The position numbers and the translations under genes are program-made. A stretch of 64,000 nt of DNA from an uncultured Tissierella sp. (lineage in GTDB: Bacteria; Bacillota; Clostridia; Tissierellales; Tissierellaceae), in assembly GCA_964489715.1 (NCBI GenBank), contig CAZBAK010000002.1, forward strand, positions 10,266 through 74,265, in the 5' to 3' direction. The notes beneath the pieces were generated by a model, which did no database searches, was not told where the DNA came from, and worked only from the letters and a program-made list of their open reading frames with translations. Positions 19,302-29,418 of the stretch are shown here, piece after piece; positions within the stretch are counted from its first letter, which is position 1; every line of letters starts with the position of its first letter.

Positions 19302-20486
19302 TTAAATCTCTCCTCTTCTAGTCCTAAAATAATTATAAGCTGATAGGATAAAAGCTATACTTAGTGATATAGCCGCAATTAAAAAGGGCATCTTACTGCT
19401 TATACTATAGGAAAATCCAGCTACTATAGCCCCAGTCATCTCTCCTAGGGATTTCATAGCATTGAATATACCAGTCATAAATCCAATATCTTTCATTTCC
19501 CCCTCTACAGCAAAGCCTTGCAGGATTGGAAGTAATATAGTATATAGGGTAAAAAATAAAAAACTATAGAGGAAAAATGGTAGCCTAGAGGAATTTAGAA
19601 ATAGAAGATAGGCAAATATTCCATTAAAGAGCAGTATAAAGACCATGGATTTTTTTATATCTGTCTTTTTTATAATCCAAACATTTATACTTAAATTGGC
19701 TATCAATCCTATTATACCAACTATTGCCTTCCAAATACCATTTACAATTGGGGGCATATTGAGTTCTGCCTTTAAATAGTAATTAAATGCATTATTGTTA
19801 CCACTATAGGCTATACCAACAAAGAAGGTAATAAGTAAAAATATCACTATCCATATATTAAATACTCCCTCAGTTTCTTTAGCATCCCTTACTATATTCC
19901 AAATAAATTTAGTCTTTCTGCTAGTGTCTCCAAGGCTATGTGGATTAGTTTCATCTATAAATAATCTTATCCCCAAAGACAGCACTATCATTAACAAGCC
20001 CTGGATAAGAAAAACTGTCTGAGGAGTAAAGTATCCTAAGAGTCCGCCTAGTAGAAAACCTATGGCAGAACAAACACTAAGAATAGCTGAATACCTTGCC
20101 ATTACAAGCTTTTTATTCTCTTCATTACTTACATCCACCAGGGCAGACATAAAGCCTACATGAAAGCCTCCTGCAGCTGCTCCTGCTAACAATCTTAAAA
20201 CAAGTATTCCAAAGACAGAAGTTACCAGGGAAAAACTCATCTGAACAATCCCATATAAAAATGTAGCCAGGATCAATGTTGTCTTTCTCTTTCCCTTATC
20301 TCCTATACTACCCCAAATTGGCGCAGTTATAAATATTGCAAATACCATAGCTGCATAGGATGTTCCAAATATATGATCAGGTAAATTTAAGCCTGTAAAA
20401 TAGGAAGGTGTTACAGGATGGTGAAGATTTACCAGTATCCATAAAACACCACTTAAAAACAAGATCTTTTTAGCTTGATTTTTCAT
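19302..20486 (-). CDS. MFS transporter
   Basis: About 12 hydrophobic segments; motif A-like WGSIGDKGKRK; LRLLAG. Confidence 0.88.
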   Translation of the reverse strand: MKNQAKKILFLSGVLWILVNLHHPVTPSYFTGLNLPDHIFGTSYAAMVFAIFITAPIWGSIGDKGKRKTTLILATFLYGIVQMSFSLVTSVFGILVLRLLAGAAAGGFHVGFMSALVDVSNEENKKLVMARYSAILSVCSAIGFLLGGLLGYFTPQTVFLIQGLLMIVLSLGIRLFIDETNPHSLGDTSRKTKFIWNIVRDAKETEGVFNIWIVIFLLITFFVGIAYSGNNNAFNYYLKAELNMPPIVNGIWKAIVGIIGLIANLSINVWIIKKTDIKKSMVFILLFNGIFAYLLFLNSSRLPFFLYSFLFFTLYTILLPILQGFAVEGEMKDIGFMTGIFNAMKSLGEMTGAIVAGFSYSISSKMPFLIAAISLSIAFILSAYNYFRTRRGEI

Positions 20487-20606
20487 AAAACTCCAACTTT
20501 CTAAACTTCTATATTCTTAATCATATTATAGCATAAGATCCCCTAGCTTTCTTACTATCTGGACATTGGGATCAAAGGCGAATTAAATATACAATTATTT
20601 TTCTAT

Positions 20607-20636
20607 GTAGGGGAGATCTTAGATCTCCCGGCTTTT
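20607..20636 (+). repeat. GTAG-family REP-like element, copy 1
   Basis: GTAG followed by the palindrome GGGAGATCT-T-AGATCTCCC and GGCTTTT; exact inverted copy at 22056-22085. Confidence 0.7.
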
Positions 20637-20673
20637 CTTTAAAGTGAAAATATGATTTATATGGAAGAAACTC

Positions 20674-21990
20674 TTATTCTTCCGCCATTTTACTTGGATT
20701 GTCCATTATCCCTAAAAATACAGCTAGGCCTGTATCTTTATCTAGGATACTATATACAAATGGCCTGTTAAAGTCTATAGTTGGCGATAGACTTGTAACA
20801 TCTATTTGAGCTTCTACAACACTTGCAGCCTCAGTACCCTCTTCATCTACCTTGATATATGTCTTTTGAATCATCTTTGATAGATATATATTGCCACTAC
20901 TTTCTCCCATCTTTTCTAGGCTATTTACCTGTGGGTCAAATATTCTTTCTATTCCCATATCTTTTAAATCATTATCCAATCTATTCTCAAAGCTTACTTC
21001 AAACTTTGGCAGTATAATATTTAGTCTCTCTTTTTCTATACTATTTATCCTTTTACCTATCTCTTCCATATCTAATCCCTTTACATAATCCCTAATATCA
21101 ATTCCTTCCCTTGGCATTAAGGCCATAAAAGAGTATCTACTATCCTTATAGGGAAGTACTATAAGTGATTCTTCTTCATTTATTATGCTTTTAACTTCAA
21201 ATGTATTAGACATCTTTTCAACTTCTAGGGAATCATTTTCCAAGAAGAAATCTCCCCTAAAGCTCTTATCTTTAGGGAAGGGCGTTTCCCATTTAGCATC
21301 AAAATATATAGTTGAAAATAAGTACATTACAGTCTTTTCATCTATTTGATCTAGCATCTTATTTATTTTTGAATTTGTAGCATCCCTTACCCACTGGTTT
21401 ATAAGCTTGGGAGCTTCCTTATTTTCAAAGTCAATTTTATAGGCTCCAGCCCCATAATAGTTTTTATTCTTTTGTAAAAAATCATCCTTGGCTTTAAAGT
21501 CTCTGTCATACCATATAGAGTTTGATATATTAAAACTTGTATCTCCTTCAACTTCACTTATTTCTCCTATTAAATCTCTATAGTAGCGATTTAACTCTTC
21601 TCCCTTAGTGTCATCCTCATTAATAGCTAAAAATATCTCTTCCCTAGCTTCTTTATCTGCCCCATTTGCTAGTAGACCTAAGGCCAAGTAAACTGGTATA
21701 GGTGAATAGACAGGGTTTTCATCTTCTAAGAGTCTTTCAAATAAGTCTAAGGAAAATTCAAGCTTTCCTTCTATAAAACTTTCAGGCAAGTCACCTGCTA
21801 GTTGACTATTTTCTTCCTCAAAATCCTCCATTAGGTTTTCAGCAAAAACACCATCTAGCTTTGGATCGTCACTATTTTCAATCTCCTGAACTACTGGAAA
21901 CATATATCTTAGTATAAAGACTAGTAGTATGGCAACTACTATGGTTATAGCTATTACAATAAGCTTCTTATTAGATTCTTCCAAATCCAT
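20674..21990 (-). CDS. Serpin family protease inhibitor with N-terminal membrane anchor
   Basis: YSPIPV, INQWV..AT..KI, IYFDAKW..PF, LPKF, hinge VDEEGTEAAS, FNRPF, FLGIMDNP. Confidence 0.93.
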   Translation of the reverse strand: MDLEESNKKLIVIAITIVVAILLVFILRYMFPVVQEIENSDDPKLDGVFAENLMEDFEEENSQLAGDLPESFIEGKLEFSLDLFERLLEDENPVYSPIPVYLALGLLANGADKEAREEIFLAINEDDTKGEELNRYYRDLIGEISEVEGDTSFNISNSIWYDRDFKAKDDFLQKNKNYYGAGAYKIDFENKEAPKLINQWVRDATNSKINKMLDQIDEKTVMYLFSTIYFDAKWETPFPKDKSFRGDFFLENDSLEVEKMSNTFEVKSIINEEESLIVLPYKDSRYSFMALMPREGIDIRDYVKGLDMEEIGKRINSIEKERLNIILPKFEVSFENRLDNDLKDMGIERIFDPQVNSLEKMGESSGNIYLSKMIQKTYIKVDEEGTEAASVVEAQIDVTSLSPTIDFNRPFVYSILDKDTGLAVFLGIMDNPSKMAEE

Positions 21991-22055
21991 CTCTCCTTTT
22001 TATTATTTACATACTATAACACCTATACCCAGGGACAAGTTTTTTTAATAAAGAA

Positions 22056-22085
22056 AAAAGCCGGGAGATCTAAGATCTCCCCTAC
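22056..22085 (-). repeat. GTAG-family REP-like element, copy 2 (inverted)
   Basis: AAAAGCCGGGAGATCTAAGATCTCCCCTAC is the reverse complement of 20607-20636. Confidence 0.7.
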
Positions 22086-22204
22086 TTGTAATAAAGCTAC
22101 TTGTAGTAAAGGTCAGTGTAAAGGTCAGTTTTTAGTTGGCTTTTGATCTCTAGAGTAAATTAAAACATTTTACACTATGTAGACTAAAACAATAAATAGA
22201 CAAC

Positions 22205-22237
22205 AAAATAGTCTGGTGAGCTTCACCAGACTATTTT
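22205..22237 (-). terminator. Intrinsic terminator after psuG
   Basis: AAAATAGTCTGGTGA-GCT-TCACCAGACTATTTT. Confidence 0.8.
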
Positions 22238-22251
22238 CAATCAAATGTCTT

Positions 22252-23169
22252 CTATAATTTAGCAAGTTCTACTGCAATTTTAGCTCCAACTTTTGCATTG
22301 TTGTATACCAGCTCTATATTTGCATCTAAACTATCTCCCTTTGTTATATCCTTTACCTTTGCCAGTAAGAAAGGAGTACTATCTTTTCCCTTTATTCCTT
22401 TTTCCTTAGCTTCTTCTACAGCTTCTTGAATTGCTCCATTGATAAGATCATAATCCATTTGGAACTCTTCTGGAATTGGATTTGCTACAACTACTCCCCC
22501 ATGAAGATTTAAATCCCACTTTGATTTTAAAACTGATGCTATATCTCTTGGAGATCCTATATTATAATCTACTCCAAATCCACTTTTTCTAGTATAAAAA
22601 GCTGGAAGTTCGTCCACTCCAAATCCTATTACTGGAACACCAGCTGTTTCAAGATATTCCAATGTAAGGCCTATATCAAGTATTGACTTAGCTCCTGCAC
22701 AAACTACTGCTACATCTGTACTTGCAAGTTCTTCCAAGTCTGCTGATATATCAAAGCTCTCCTCTGCACCTCTATGAACTCCACCTATACCTCCTGTAGC
22801 AAACACCTTAATACCTGCTAGATGGGATAATATCATAGTTGCCGCAACAGTTGTTGCTCCGTCTTTTTTGCTAGCTACAATAAATGGTATATCTCTTCTT
22901 GAAGTTTTAACTACATCTTCACCTTTTTTTCCAAGATATTCTATCTCATCTTTAGTAAGACCTACCTTTAGTTTACCATCTAGTATTGCAATAGTAGCTG
23001 GAACTGCTCCATTTTCTCTTATAATTTCCTCTACCTTTAATGCTGTCTCAACATTTTTAGGATATGGCATACCATGTGAAATTATTGTGGACTCTAAAGA
23101 TACCACCGCTTTACCTTCTTCTAAGGCTAAAGCTACCTCTTCATTAATATCTAAATATTTTTCTAACAT
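22252..23169 (-). CDS. psuG: Pseudouridine-5'-phosphate glycosidase
   Basis: LESTIISHGMPYP, GATTVAATM, ATGGIGGVHR, DISADL, CAGAKSILD, TPFLL. Confidence 0.95.
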   Translation of the reverse strand: MLEKYLDINEEVALALEEGKAVVSLESTIISHGMPYPKNVETALKVEEIIRENGAVPATIAILDGKLKVGLTKDEIEYLGKKGEDVVKTSRRDIPFIVASKKDGATTVAATMILSHLAGIKVFATGGIGGVHRGAEESFDISADLEELASTDVAVVCAGAKSILDIGLTLEYLETAGVPVIGFGVDELPAFYTRKSGFGVDYNIGSPRDIASVLKSKWDLNLHGGVVVANPIPEEFQMDYDLINGAIQEAVEEAKEKGIKGKDSTPFLLAKVKDITKGDSLDANIELVYNNAKVGAKIAVELAKL

Positions 23170-24110
23170 AATTGAACTTCCTCCAGTTTTTTTTCTATAT
23201 TTTTTATACTCATATTGGGATTTATAGTATCTTCATGACTTAGTGCTAAAAGTGATGCTCCAATTCCAAGCCTTGCCCTTTCCTTTATATCCAATCCCTT
23301 GATATGTCCATAGGCAAGTGCAGCTATAAAGGAGTCTCCTGCTCCTGTAGCATTTGTTATATTGGTCTTTTTCGCCTTTAATCTCTGAATCTTCTTGCCA
23401 TCACTAAAGACTACTCCATCTTTAGAAAGTGTGATAAATACATTTTCTACTCCTTTAGAGTGAAAGAAGTCTATGGCCTTTTCTATATCTTCATGGTCTT
23501 TTATTTCCATGCCAGTTAGTATTTCAGCTTCTATCTTATTAGGTTTTATAGTATTAAAAAGTCCTATTAGATCCCTTACCTTTTTAGCCTTTTCACTAGA
23601 AACTGTGTCTAAAAAGAAATCTGTGTTTTTAAAGTTATTTAAGATATACTCTATACTATCCTTTGGAATATTTGTATCTATAACACAGACCCTAGAGTTT
23701 TCGATCTTTTCTCTTTTACTCTCTATGAATTCTATATCCATTTTCTCAATATTGTCCATGCTAGATAGGGCTATTTCCATATCCCCTTCACCATCTAGTA
23801 TAGAAAGATATATAGAGGTGCTTTGATCTTCCAATATTAAAGTGTCTTCTAGATTTAGGCCAATCTCCTTTGACTTATTTAATATCAATTCTCCATAGGG
23901 GTCATCACCTATTATAGATATCAAGTGAGTATCTACTCCAAGCCTAACTAGATTTTCAGCTATATTTCTTCCTACCCCACCAAGAGATGTCTTTACATTG
24001 CCAATATTAGAATCATGATAGATCAGATCTTTTTTAGGTATACCAAGGATGTCAATATTAGTTCCTCCTACTACAGTTATATATTCATCTTTGATTTTTA
24101 TATTTTTCAC
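23163..24110 (-). CDS. psuK: PfkB-family kinase, probable pseudouridine kinase
   Basis: GGVGRNIAENL, KPNKIEAE, NATGAGDSF; overlaps the psuG start. Confidence 0.8.
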   Translation of the reverse strand: MKNIKIKDEYITVVGGTNIDILGIPKKDLIYHDSNIGNVKTSLGGVGRNIAENLVRLGVDTHLISIIGDDPYGELILNKSKEIGLNLEDTLILEDQSTSIYLSILDGEGDMEIALSSMDNIEKMDIEFIESKREKIENSRVCVIDTNIPKDSIEYILNNFKNTDFFLDTVSSEKAKKVRDLIGLFNTIKPNKIEAEILTGMEIKDHEDIEKAIDFFHSKGVENVFITLSKDGVVFSDGKKIQRLKAKKTNITNATGAGDSFIAALAYGHIKGLDIKERARLGIGASLLALSHEDTINPNMSIKNIEKKLEEVQLC

Positions 24111-24208
24111 CTTCCTTCTATCTGATTTATAATCTTTACTTGATTAATATGAAGCTAGCATAAATTTTCTACATTATATCTACATTATATCATAATTTAG
24201 ATTGGGAT

Positions 24209-24246
24209 ATGAAAAAACCTTTATATTTATATAAAGGTTTTTTCAT
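24209..24246 (-). terminator. Intrinsic terminator after the ECF operon
   Basis: ATGAAAAAACCTTTATAT / ATATAAAGGTTTTTTCAT inverted repeat. Confidence 0.7.
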
Positions 24247-24253
24247 ATTATTT

Positions 24254-25093
24254 TTATTTACTATCTTCCTCAAATTCTTCTATTTCTTCTTGCTTTTTTT
24301 CATCTTCCACTCTATAAAAGATCTTTGTTTCTTTTATGTTTTCTTCTACTCTTTCTTCTAAGTTTTCTGCATATATATCTTGGTATAAAAAATCTCTTAT
24401 CATTAGGGAAGCCTGTTCTTCATTCTCAGGCTGATTTTCATAGTTCTCTGATCTAGCTTCATTTAAATCAATTTCTATATGATAGAAGGGAATATCTTCC
24501 CTATCAAATAAATTCTTTATTTCAAGAAGTTTTTCTGCCATGACTTTTGAATTTCTAGTCTCTCTTTCAAGGCTTACTGTTACCCTTCCTAGGCTTTTAG
24601 CTAGCTCTTTTATATCATATACTCCATCTATCTCCAAATAGCTAAGATCATCATTTTTATCTATAAAATTTCCAAAGATAAATTCTCTTTCTTTAAGCCC
24701 CATCTTAGGCATGATTTTATTTTCCACTAACTTGCTGTATTCTTCATTTATTCTCTGCCAAGTATTCCACTTGCTCTCTACTGCATCTTCATAACTATCG
24801 TACTGGAGCTCCCCCCTCCAATTGTAGCTCATCTCAAAATGAGTATCTATACTCCTATTAGATCTAGCTTCTACAAGATATCTTCCATCTTTAAAATTAT
24901 AATATGCATCTTCAACCCTTAAATCTAGATCACTATACTTCTCTTCTATATCTCTACTTGCTGCCCTATTTGCAAGTATCTTTGAAAGAGGATTTCCAAC
25001 AAATCCATTTGCTATAAATAAGACTAGTCCTATAAGAACAAGGGCTAGGACCCCTGCAGCTATTCTTTTGTTTTTACTTCTTTTAGTTTTCAT
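24254..25093 (-). CDS. Membrane-anchored extracytoplasmic protein (YfjL-like), third gene of the ECF operon
   Basis: N-terminal TM followed by NGFVGNPLSK and YYNFKDGRY; GGAGG RBS before ATG 25093. Confidence 0.65.
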   Translation of the reverse strand: MKTKRSKNKRIAAGVLALVLIGLVLFIANGFVGNPLSKILANRAASRDIEEKYSDLDLRVEDAYYNFKDGRYLVEARSNRSIDTHFEMSYNWRGELQYDSYEDAVESKWNTWQRINEEYSKLVENKIMPKMGLKEREFIFGNFIDKNDDLSYLEIDGVYDIKELAKSLGRVTVSLERETRNSKVMAEKLLEIKNLFDREDIPFYHIEIDLNEARSENYENQPENEEQASLMIRDFLYQDIYAENLEERVEENIKETKIFYRVEDEKKQEEIEEFEEDSK

Positions 25094-25628
25094 AATTGTC
25101 CTCCCTTCCAAAGGCATAGTTTAGGAAAAAGCCTATGATTAAGCCAAGACCACAAAGTCCTGTATAAATTACTGACCAGTAGATAGGTATAACTATTATA
25201 TTTCTTAAGCCTAGTCCCATGATTCCTTCACCTATATACTGGATTAAGAGCCATATATAGGAAAAAGTAAATAGACCAAGAAGAAGCAAATATGACCTTT
25301 CTCTTAAGGCAAAATATCCTAGTATGCCAACCCCAGGCATGATCAAGATGTTGTAAAATATTCCCATAGTATTTGATAAAGCAAGCCCCAACATTGATAC
25401 TATAACACTTGCAATTAATAGGACTATAAAAATTTGTTTTTTTATTTTCTTTAAAAGCTTTTTTTCATCCATCTCTATCTCTCTATTTTCAAAGGAGTTA
25501 TAAAGTTCTCTACATTCTCTGCAGTTCTCTATATGTTCTTCTACTAACAAGATGCTGGCTTCACTTGCTACCCTATCCTTTACAAGAGGAATTAGGTCTA
25601 GGCAAACATCACATGAAATTTTATTCAT
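25083..25628 (-). CDS. Zinc-finger (zf-HC2) membrane anti-sigma factor
   Basis: CDVCLDLIPL...EEHIENCREC (HxxxCxxC) followed by TM helices; directly downstream of the ECF sigma gene. Confidence 0.85.
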   Translation of the reverse strand: MNKISCDVCLDLIPLVKDRVASEASILLVEEHIENCRECRELYNSFENREIEMDEKKLLKKIKKQIFIVLLIASVIVSMLGLALSNTMGIFYNILIMPGVGILGYFALRERSYLLLLGLFTFSYIWLLIQYIGEGIMGLGLRNIIVIPIYWSVIYTGLCGLGLIIGFFLNYAFGREDNYEN

Positions 25629-26121
25629 AATCATAACCCTCCTTTATAAGACTATCTCTTAATTTCTTTTTAGTACGAAAATCTATAACCCTTGCAGATC
25701 CTTGAGATATATTAAAGTGATTAGCTATTTCATAAAAAGAATATCCCTCTATTCTCATCATAACAATCTTACTTGTTCTCCTATCTTCTTCTTGTAAAAG
25801 TTCCAAGATCCGTCTGGTGAGCTCACCTTGGGCTGCAGCTTCTCCTGGAGAAGGAGCTTCTGAAATATAGACCTTCATAAAGAGTTCAAGGGGTATTGTA
25901 GCTTTTTCCTTTCTAAGATACTCATACCACTTGTGCCTTGCAATTGAAAACAACCAGGTTTTTATATCAGAATCCCCTCTAAATTTAGGCAGGGACCCTA
26001 GGGCACTTAGAAATGTCTCTGATAGCAAATCTTCAGAAAGGGCTCTATCATGAGTGATACTTATTAGATATATAAATACATCTTTTTTATATTTTTCATA
26101 TAGATCTTTTATCAAAAGCAT
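25621..26121 (-). CDS. ECF RNA polymerase sigma factor
   Basis: SEDLLSETF, KTWLFSIARH (region 2); GYSFYEIA (region 4). Confidence 0.9.
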   Translation of the reverse strand: MLLIKDLYEKYKKDVFIYLISITHDRALSEDLLSETFLSALGSLPKFRGDSDIKTWLFSIARHKWYEYLRKEKATIPLELFMKVYISEAPSPGEAAAQGELTRRILELLQEEDRRTSKIVMMRIEGYSFYEIANHFNISQGSARVIDFRTKKKLRDSLIKEGYDYE

Positions 26122-26359
26122 ATGATCACCCTTTCATAGTATTAGTGTATATATGGGTATTAATGTTACAAGAATTTAAAATATATTTATTTTTTTCATA
26201 CACAAGTCTAGTGGATATATGTATTTATCATACTATCATAAGACAGTAAATATCTTCTTTATTTCTTTAAATAACAATGAACTCTTGTTGCAAAGATTTC
26301 TCTTTGATATAATTGACTATAGGCAGTATATAACTTTAATACTAAAAAGGAGGATCTCT

Positions 26360-27919
26360 TTGAAGAAATCTAGAAAATTATTTTGTTTACTAATTATAGT
26401 ATCCTTAGTACTCTTAGGAAAAACAAATACATATGCTTCATGGACAAATTTTAAGGCTAAAAGATTATATGGTAATTCTCGGGTATCAACTTCAATTCAA
26501 ATAGCTAAAGAATCCTATACCAGTGCAAGAAATGTTGTTTTAGTAGGATATCATGGAGAAGTAGATGCCCTAACAGGATCACTCTTTGCTAAATCAAAAG
26601 ATGCTCCTATTATCTTTGTAAGTAAGGGGCAAGTTGGAAACATAAAAAAACTTCTTAGCCAATTACAGACAAAAAATGTCTTTATCCTAGGTGGGAAAAA
26701 TGCTTTTTCTCAAGAATTAGAAGCTGAATTCAGAGACTATAATCCTAAAAGATTAGAAGGTAAAAATAGATTTGATACAGCTGTAAAATTGTCTAAAGAA
26801 GCTCTTGGTAGTTCTAGCCATGAAGTTTTTTTAAGTTTAGGAGTAGATGATTATGCAGATGCACTGGCTATAGGACCCATTTCAGCTGGAAGAAATATAC
26901 CCCTGCTCTTAAGTACAAGAACTAGGCTCCCCAAGGAGAGTTTAGAAGCTATAAAATCTATGAATGTTAAGAAGGTAAATATAATAGGCGGTCCAAATGC
27001 CATCTCTCCAGAAATTGAAAATCAACTAAAAGCTCTCCAGATCACTACTAACAGGATATCAGGAGATTCTAGAGAACTTACAGCTATAAATATTGCAGAA
27101 AAATTCAATCCTAACTTTAAAAATATAGTAGTTGCAAATGGCTGGAACTTTGCTGACGCAGTGGCTGGAGGATATTTTACAGCTAAGAATAATGGGGTAC
27201 TTTTACTAAGCAATAAAGATAGGATCAACATCAATACCTTAAATCTCATTAAGGAAAAGAAGACAGATCTCTTTGTTTTAGGTGGACCCAATACAATTTC
27301 TGACAAAACTATAAGGGATATAGACATATACTTAAATACCTTTAAGGTCTCCAATGAGAGGGATCTTAGATCTCTATTAGCCAATAAGCAAGTAGCTGGA
27401 GTTGAAATAACAAACTCTATAAATATATCCTCCCCTCTAGAGGTAAATCACCCTCTCACTATAGAAGGCAATAATAATACTATCAATGTTACAGGACTAG
27501 CTGGTATTGAAGTTTATGGGGATAATGTAAAGATAAGTAACTTAAGTGTAGAAAATTCTACCTTTGATAATATACTCTTTAGAAATGTAAGTGGTGGAGA
27601 GTTAAATAATGTAAGCTTAAAAAATGCAGGAGAAGAAGGCCTATATGTGGACTCTTCCATAGTCACAGCCAATAATATAGAAACCATAGCCAATAGTCGT
27701 GCAGGAATAGCAGTTTATCACGATAAGGCAAGTAACTACAAACTTCCAAGCCTAAGAATAAATGGAAGTCATAATCACAAGAGCAAGCCCAACCATACTA
27801 GTCCTGCCATAGTAATCTTAAATAGCAAGACCAATCCCAATTGGGTTATAGCTAAGGGCTATAGTGAGAGAACTTCTTCCTATGGAGATTACTGGGAGTA
27901 TAGATTTTTCAGTCATTAA
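26360..27919 (+). CDS. Cell-wall-binding repeat 2 (CWB2 x3) surface protein with C-terminal beta-helix-like domain
   Basis: Signal peptide; three RLxGxxRxxT repeats with DAL/ADA and ILGG motifs; C-terminal Asn/Ser-rich beta-strand repeats. Start moved to TTG 26360 after AAGGAGG. Confidence 0.88.
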   Translation: MKKSRKLFCLLIIVSLVLLGKTNTYASWTNFKAKRLYGNSRVSTSIQIAKESYTSARNVVLVGYHGEVDALTGSLFAKSKDAPIIFVSKGQVGNIKKLLSQLQTKNVFILGGKNAFSQELEAEFRDYNPKRLEGKNRFDTAVKLSKEALGSSSHEVFLSLGVDDYADALAIGPISAGRNIPLLLSTRTRLPKESLEAIKSMNVKKVNIIGGPNAISPEIENQLKALQITTNRISGDSRELTAINIAEKFNPNFKNIVVANGWNFADAVAGGYFTAKNNGVLLLSNKDRININTLNLIKEKKTDLFVLGGPNTISDKTIRDIDIYLNTFKVSNERDLRSLLANKQVAGVEITNSINISSPLEVNHPLTIEGNNNTINVTGLAGIEVYGDNVKISNLSVENSTFDNILFRNVSGGELNNVSLKNAGEEGLYVDSSIVTANNIETIANSRAGIAVYHDKASNYKLPSLRINGSHNHKSKPNHTSPAIVILNSKTNPNWVIAKGYSERTSSYGDYWEYRFFSH

Positions 27920-27953
27920 ACTTTTATAGACAATTTAAAATCTTTCAAAAGTT

Positions 27954-27985
27954 AAAAGGAGCTGATTAGCTAATCAGCTCCTTTT
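27954..27985. terminator. Bidirectional terminator
   Basis: AAAAGGAGCTGATTAGCTAATCAGCTCCTTTT perfect palindrome between convergent genes. Confidence 0.85.
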
Positions 27986-28027
27986 GTATCTTTAATTTTA
28001 AATCTACTTATAATCCAAAGCTTACTC

Positions 28028-29326
28028 CTATAGTATAATAGCTCCTACTGTTCCCATTATCAATAGGGGAATATTAAAGTGTAGAAAGGTTGGAACTACT
28101 GTATCCCAGATGTGATCGTGCTGTCCATCTATATTTAGTCCTGAAGTAGGCCCAAGAGTACTATCTGATGCTGGAGAACCTGCATCTCCTAAGGCTCCTG
28201 CTGTACCTATTAAGCAAATAGTAGCAGCTACACTAAAGCCTAGTTTCATAGAAAGTGGAACAAATATTGTAGCAATTATTGGGATGGTTCCAAAGGAACT
28301 TCCTATACCCATGGTTATAACCAGTCCTATTAAGAGCATTATAAAGGCTGATATGATCTTGCTGCCTCCCATTATCCTGGCACTAGCCTCTACCAATTGC
28401 TCAACTCCACCTGTGGCTCTTATAACATCACCATAACCTGATGCTACTAGCATTACAAAGGCAATAAAGCCCATGATCTTAATACCACCATTGATAACTT
28501 CGTCAGTTTCATTCACCTTAAAGGCTCCAAATAAAAGCATTATTATAAGTCCAGCCAGTGCTCCTAGTGGAAGAGACTCATATTCTACTTGAATATAAAA
28601 AGCAACTATTGTTCCAATCAAGGTTCCTATATGTTCTTTTTTCAACTTATTATCAACTTCTTTTTCTTCTTCTACTACAAGTAGATCTTTATACTCCCTT
28701 GGTTTTCTATAGCTTATAAATACTGCTATTAAAAGTCCTATCAACATTCCAATTCCTGGTACCCACATAGATCTCCAAACCATGGACTGTTGTATGGGCA
28801 TTCCATTATCTACCATAGCCTTAGTTATTATTTCATGAAATGCAAAGCCAAAACCTACATTAAGTAACATGTAGGGAGCCTTAAGACCAAAGGTAAGTGC
28901 ACAGGCCACTGCCCTTCTATCTATCTTTATCTTATTCATAACCCCTACTAGAGGTGGAATAAGAATAGGTATAAAGGCTATGTGAACCGGTATCAAGTTT
29001 TGAGAAAAAGAAGCTATAGCTGCTATTATCAAAACAAACATGGTTTTTTTATCCTTTATAAATTCTCCAATTTTCCTGGCTAGGATATTGACTATACCTG
29101 TCTTACCTATAGCATAGGCAAGAGCTCCTAGCAATATGTAGGATAGAGCAGTATTGGCTCCTCCTCCCATTCCTCCTATTAAAATTTTCATGGACTCTGT
29201 AAGTCCCATACCTGCTATAAGTCCTCCAGAGAGTGCTGCAATTATAATAGCTATTAATACATTTACCTTTAGCAAACTAAGTAATGACATTATTACTACG
29301 GATATTAATACTGGATTTGTAAGCAT
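28028..29326 (-). CDS. YuiF-like putative amino-acid (histidine?) transporter, Na+/H+ antiporter family
   Basis: NPVLISV, ALSYILLGA, SQNLIPVHIAFIPILIPP, GDAGSPASDSTLGPTSGLN.DGQHDHIWDT. Confidence 0.85.
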   Translation of the reverse strand: MLTNPVLISVVIMSLLSLLKVNVLIAIIIAALSGGLIAGMGLTESMKILIGGMGGGANTALSYILLGALAYAIGKTGIVNILARKIGEFIKDKKTMFVLIIAAIASFSQNLIPVHIAFIPILIPPLVGVMNKIKIDRRAVACALTFGLKAPYMLLNVGFGFAFHEIITKAMVDNGMPIQQSMVWRSMWVPGIGMLIGLLIAVFISYRKPREYKDLLVVEEEKEVDNKLKKEHIGTLIGTIVAFYIQVEYESLPLGALAGLIIMLLFGAFKVNETDEVINGGIKIMGFIAFVMLVASGYGDVIRATGGVEQLVEASARIMGGSKIISAFIMLLIGLVITMGIGSSFGTIPIIATIFVPLSMKLGFSVAATICLIGTAGALGDAGSPASDSTLGPTSGLNIDGQHDHIWDTVVPTFLHFNIPLLIMGTVGAIIL

Positions 29327-29418
29327 TATACAACCAACTTTCTTATTTTAAAATTTATATAATAATTCCCAGCTTAAAATTTTAAGCTATTTTTCCCAGC
29401 TTCACATATTGAGAAAAT

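Noticed and set aside
26219-26359. N-terminal extension of the CWB2 protein in the ORF track
   Set aside because: The strong RBS and signal peptide indicate the TTG start at 26360. Similar over-extensions were trimmed for rho, iadA, the nhaC-like gene and the AI-2E gene.
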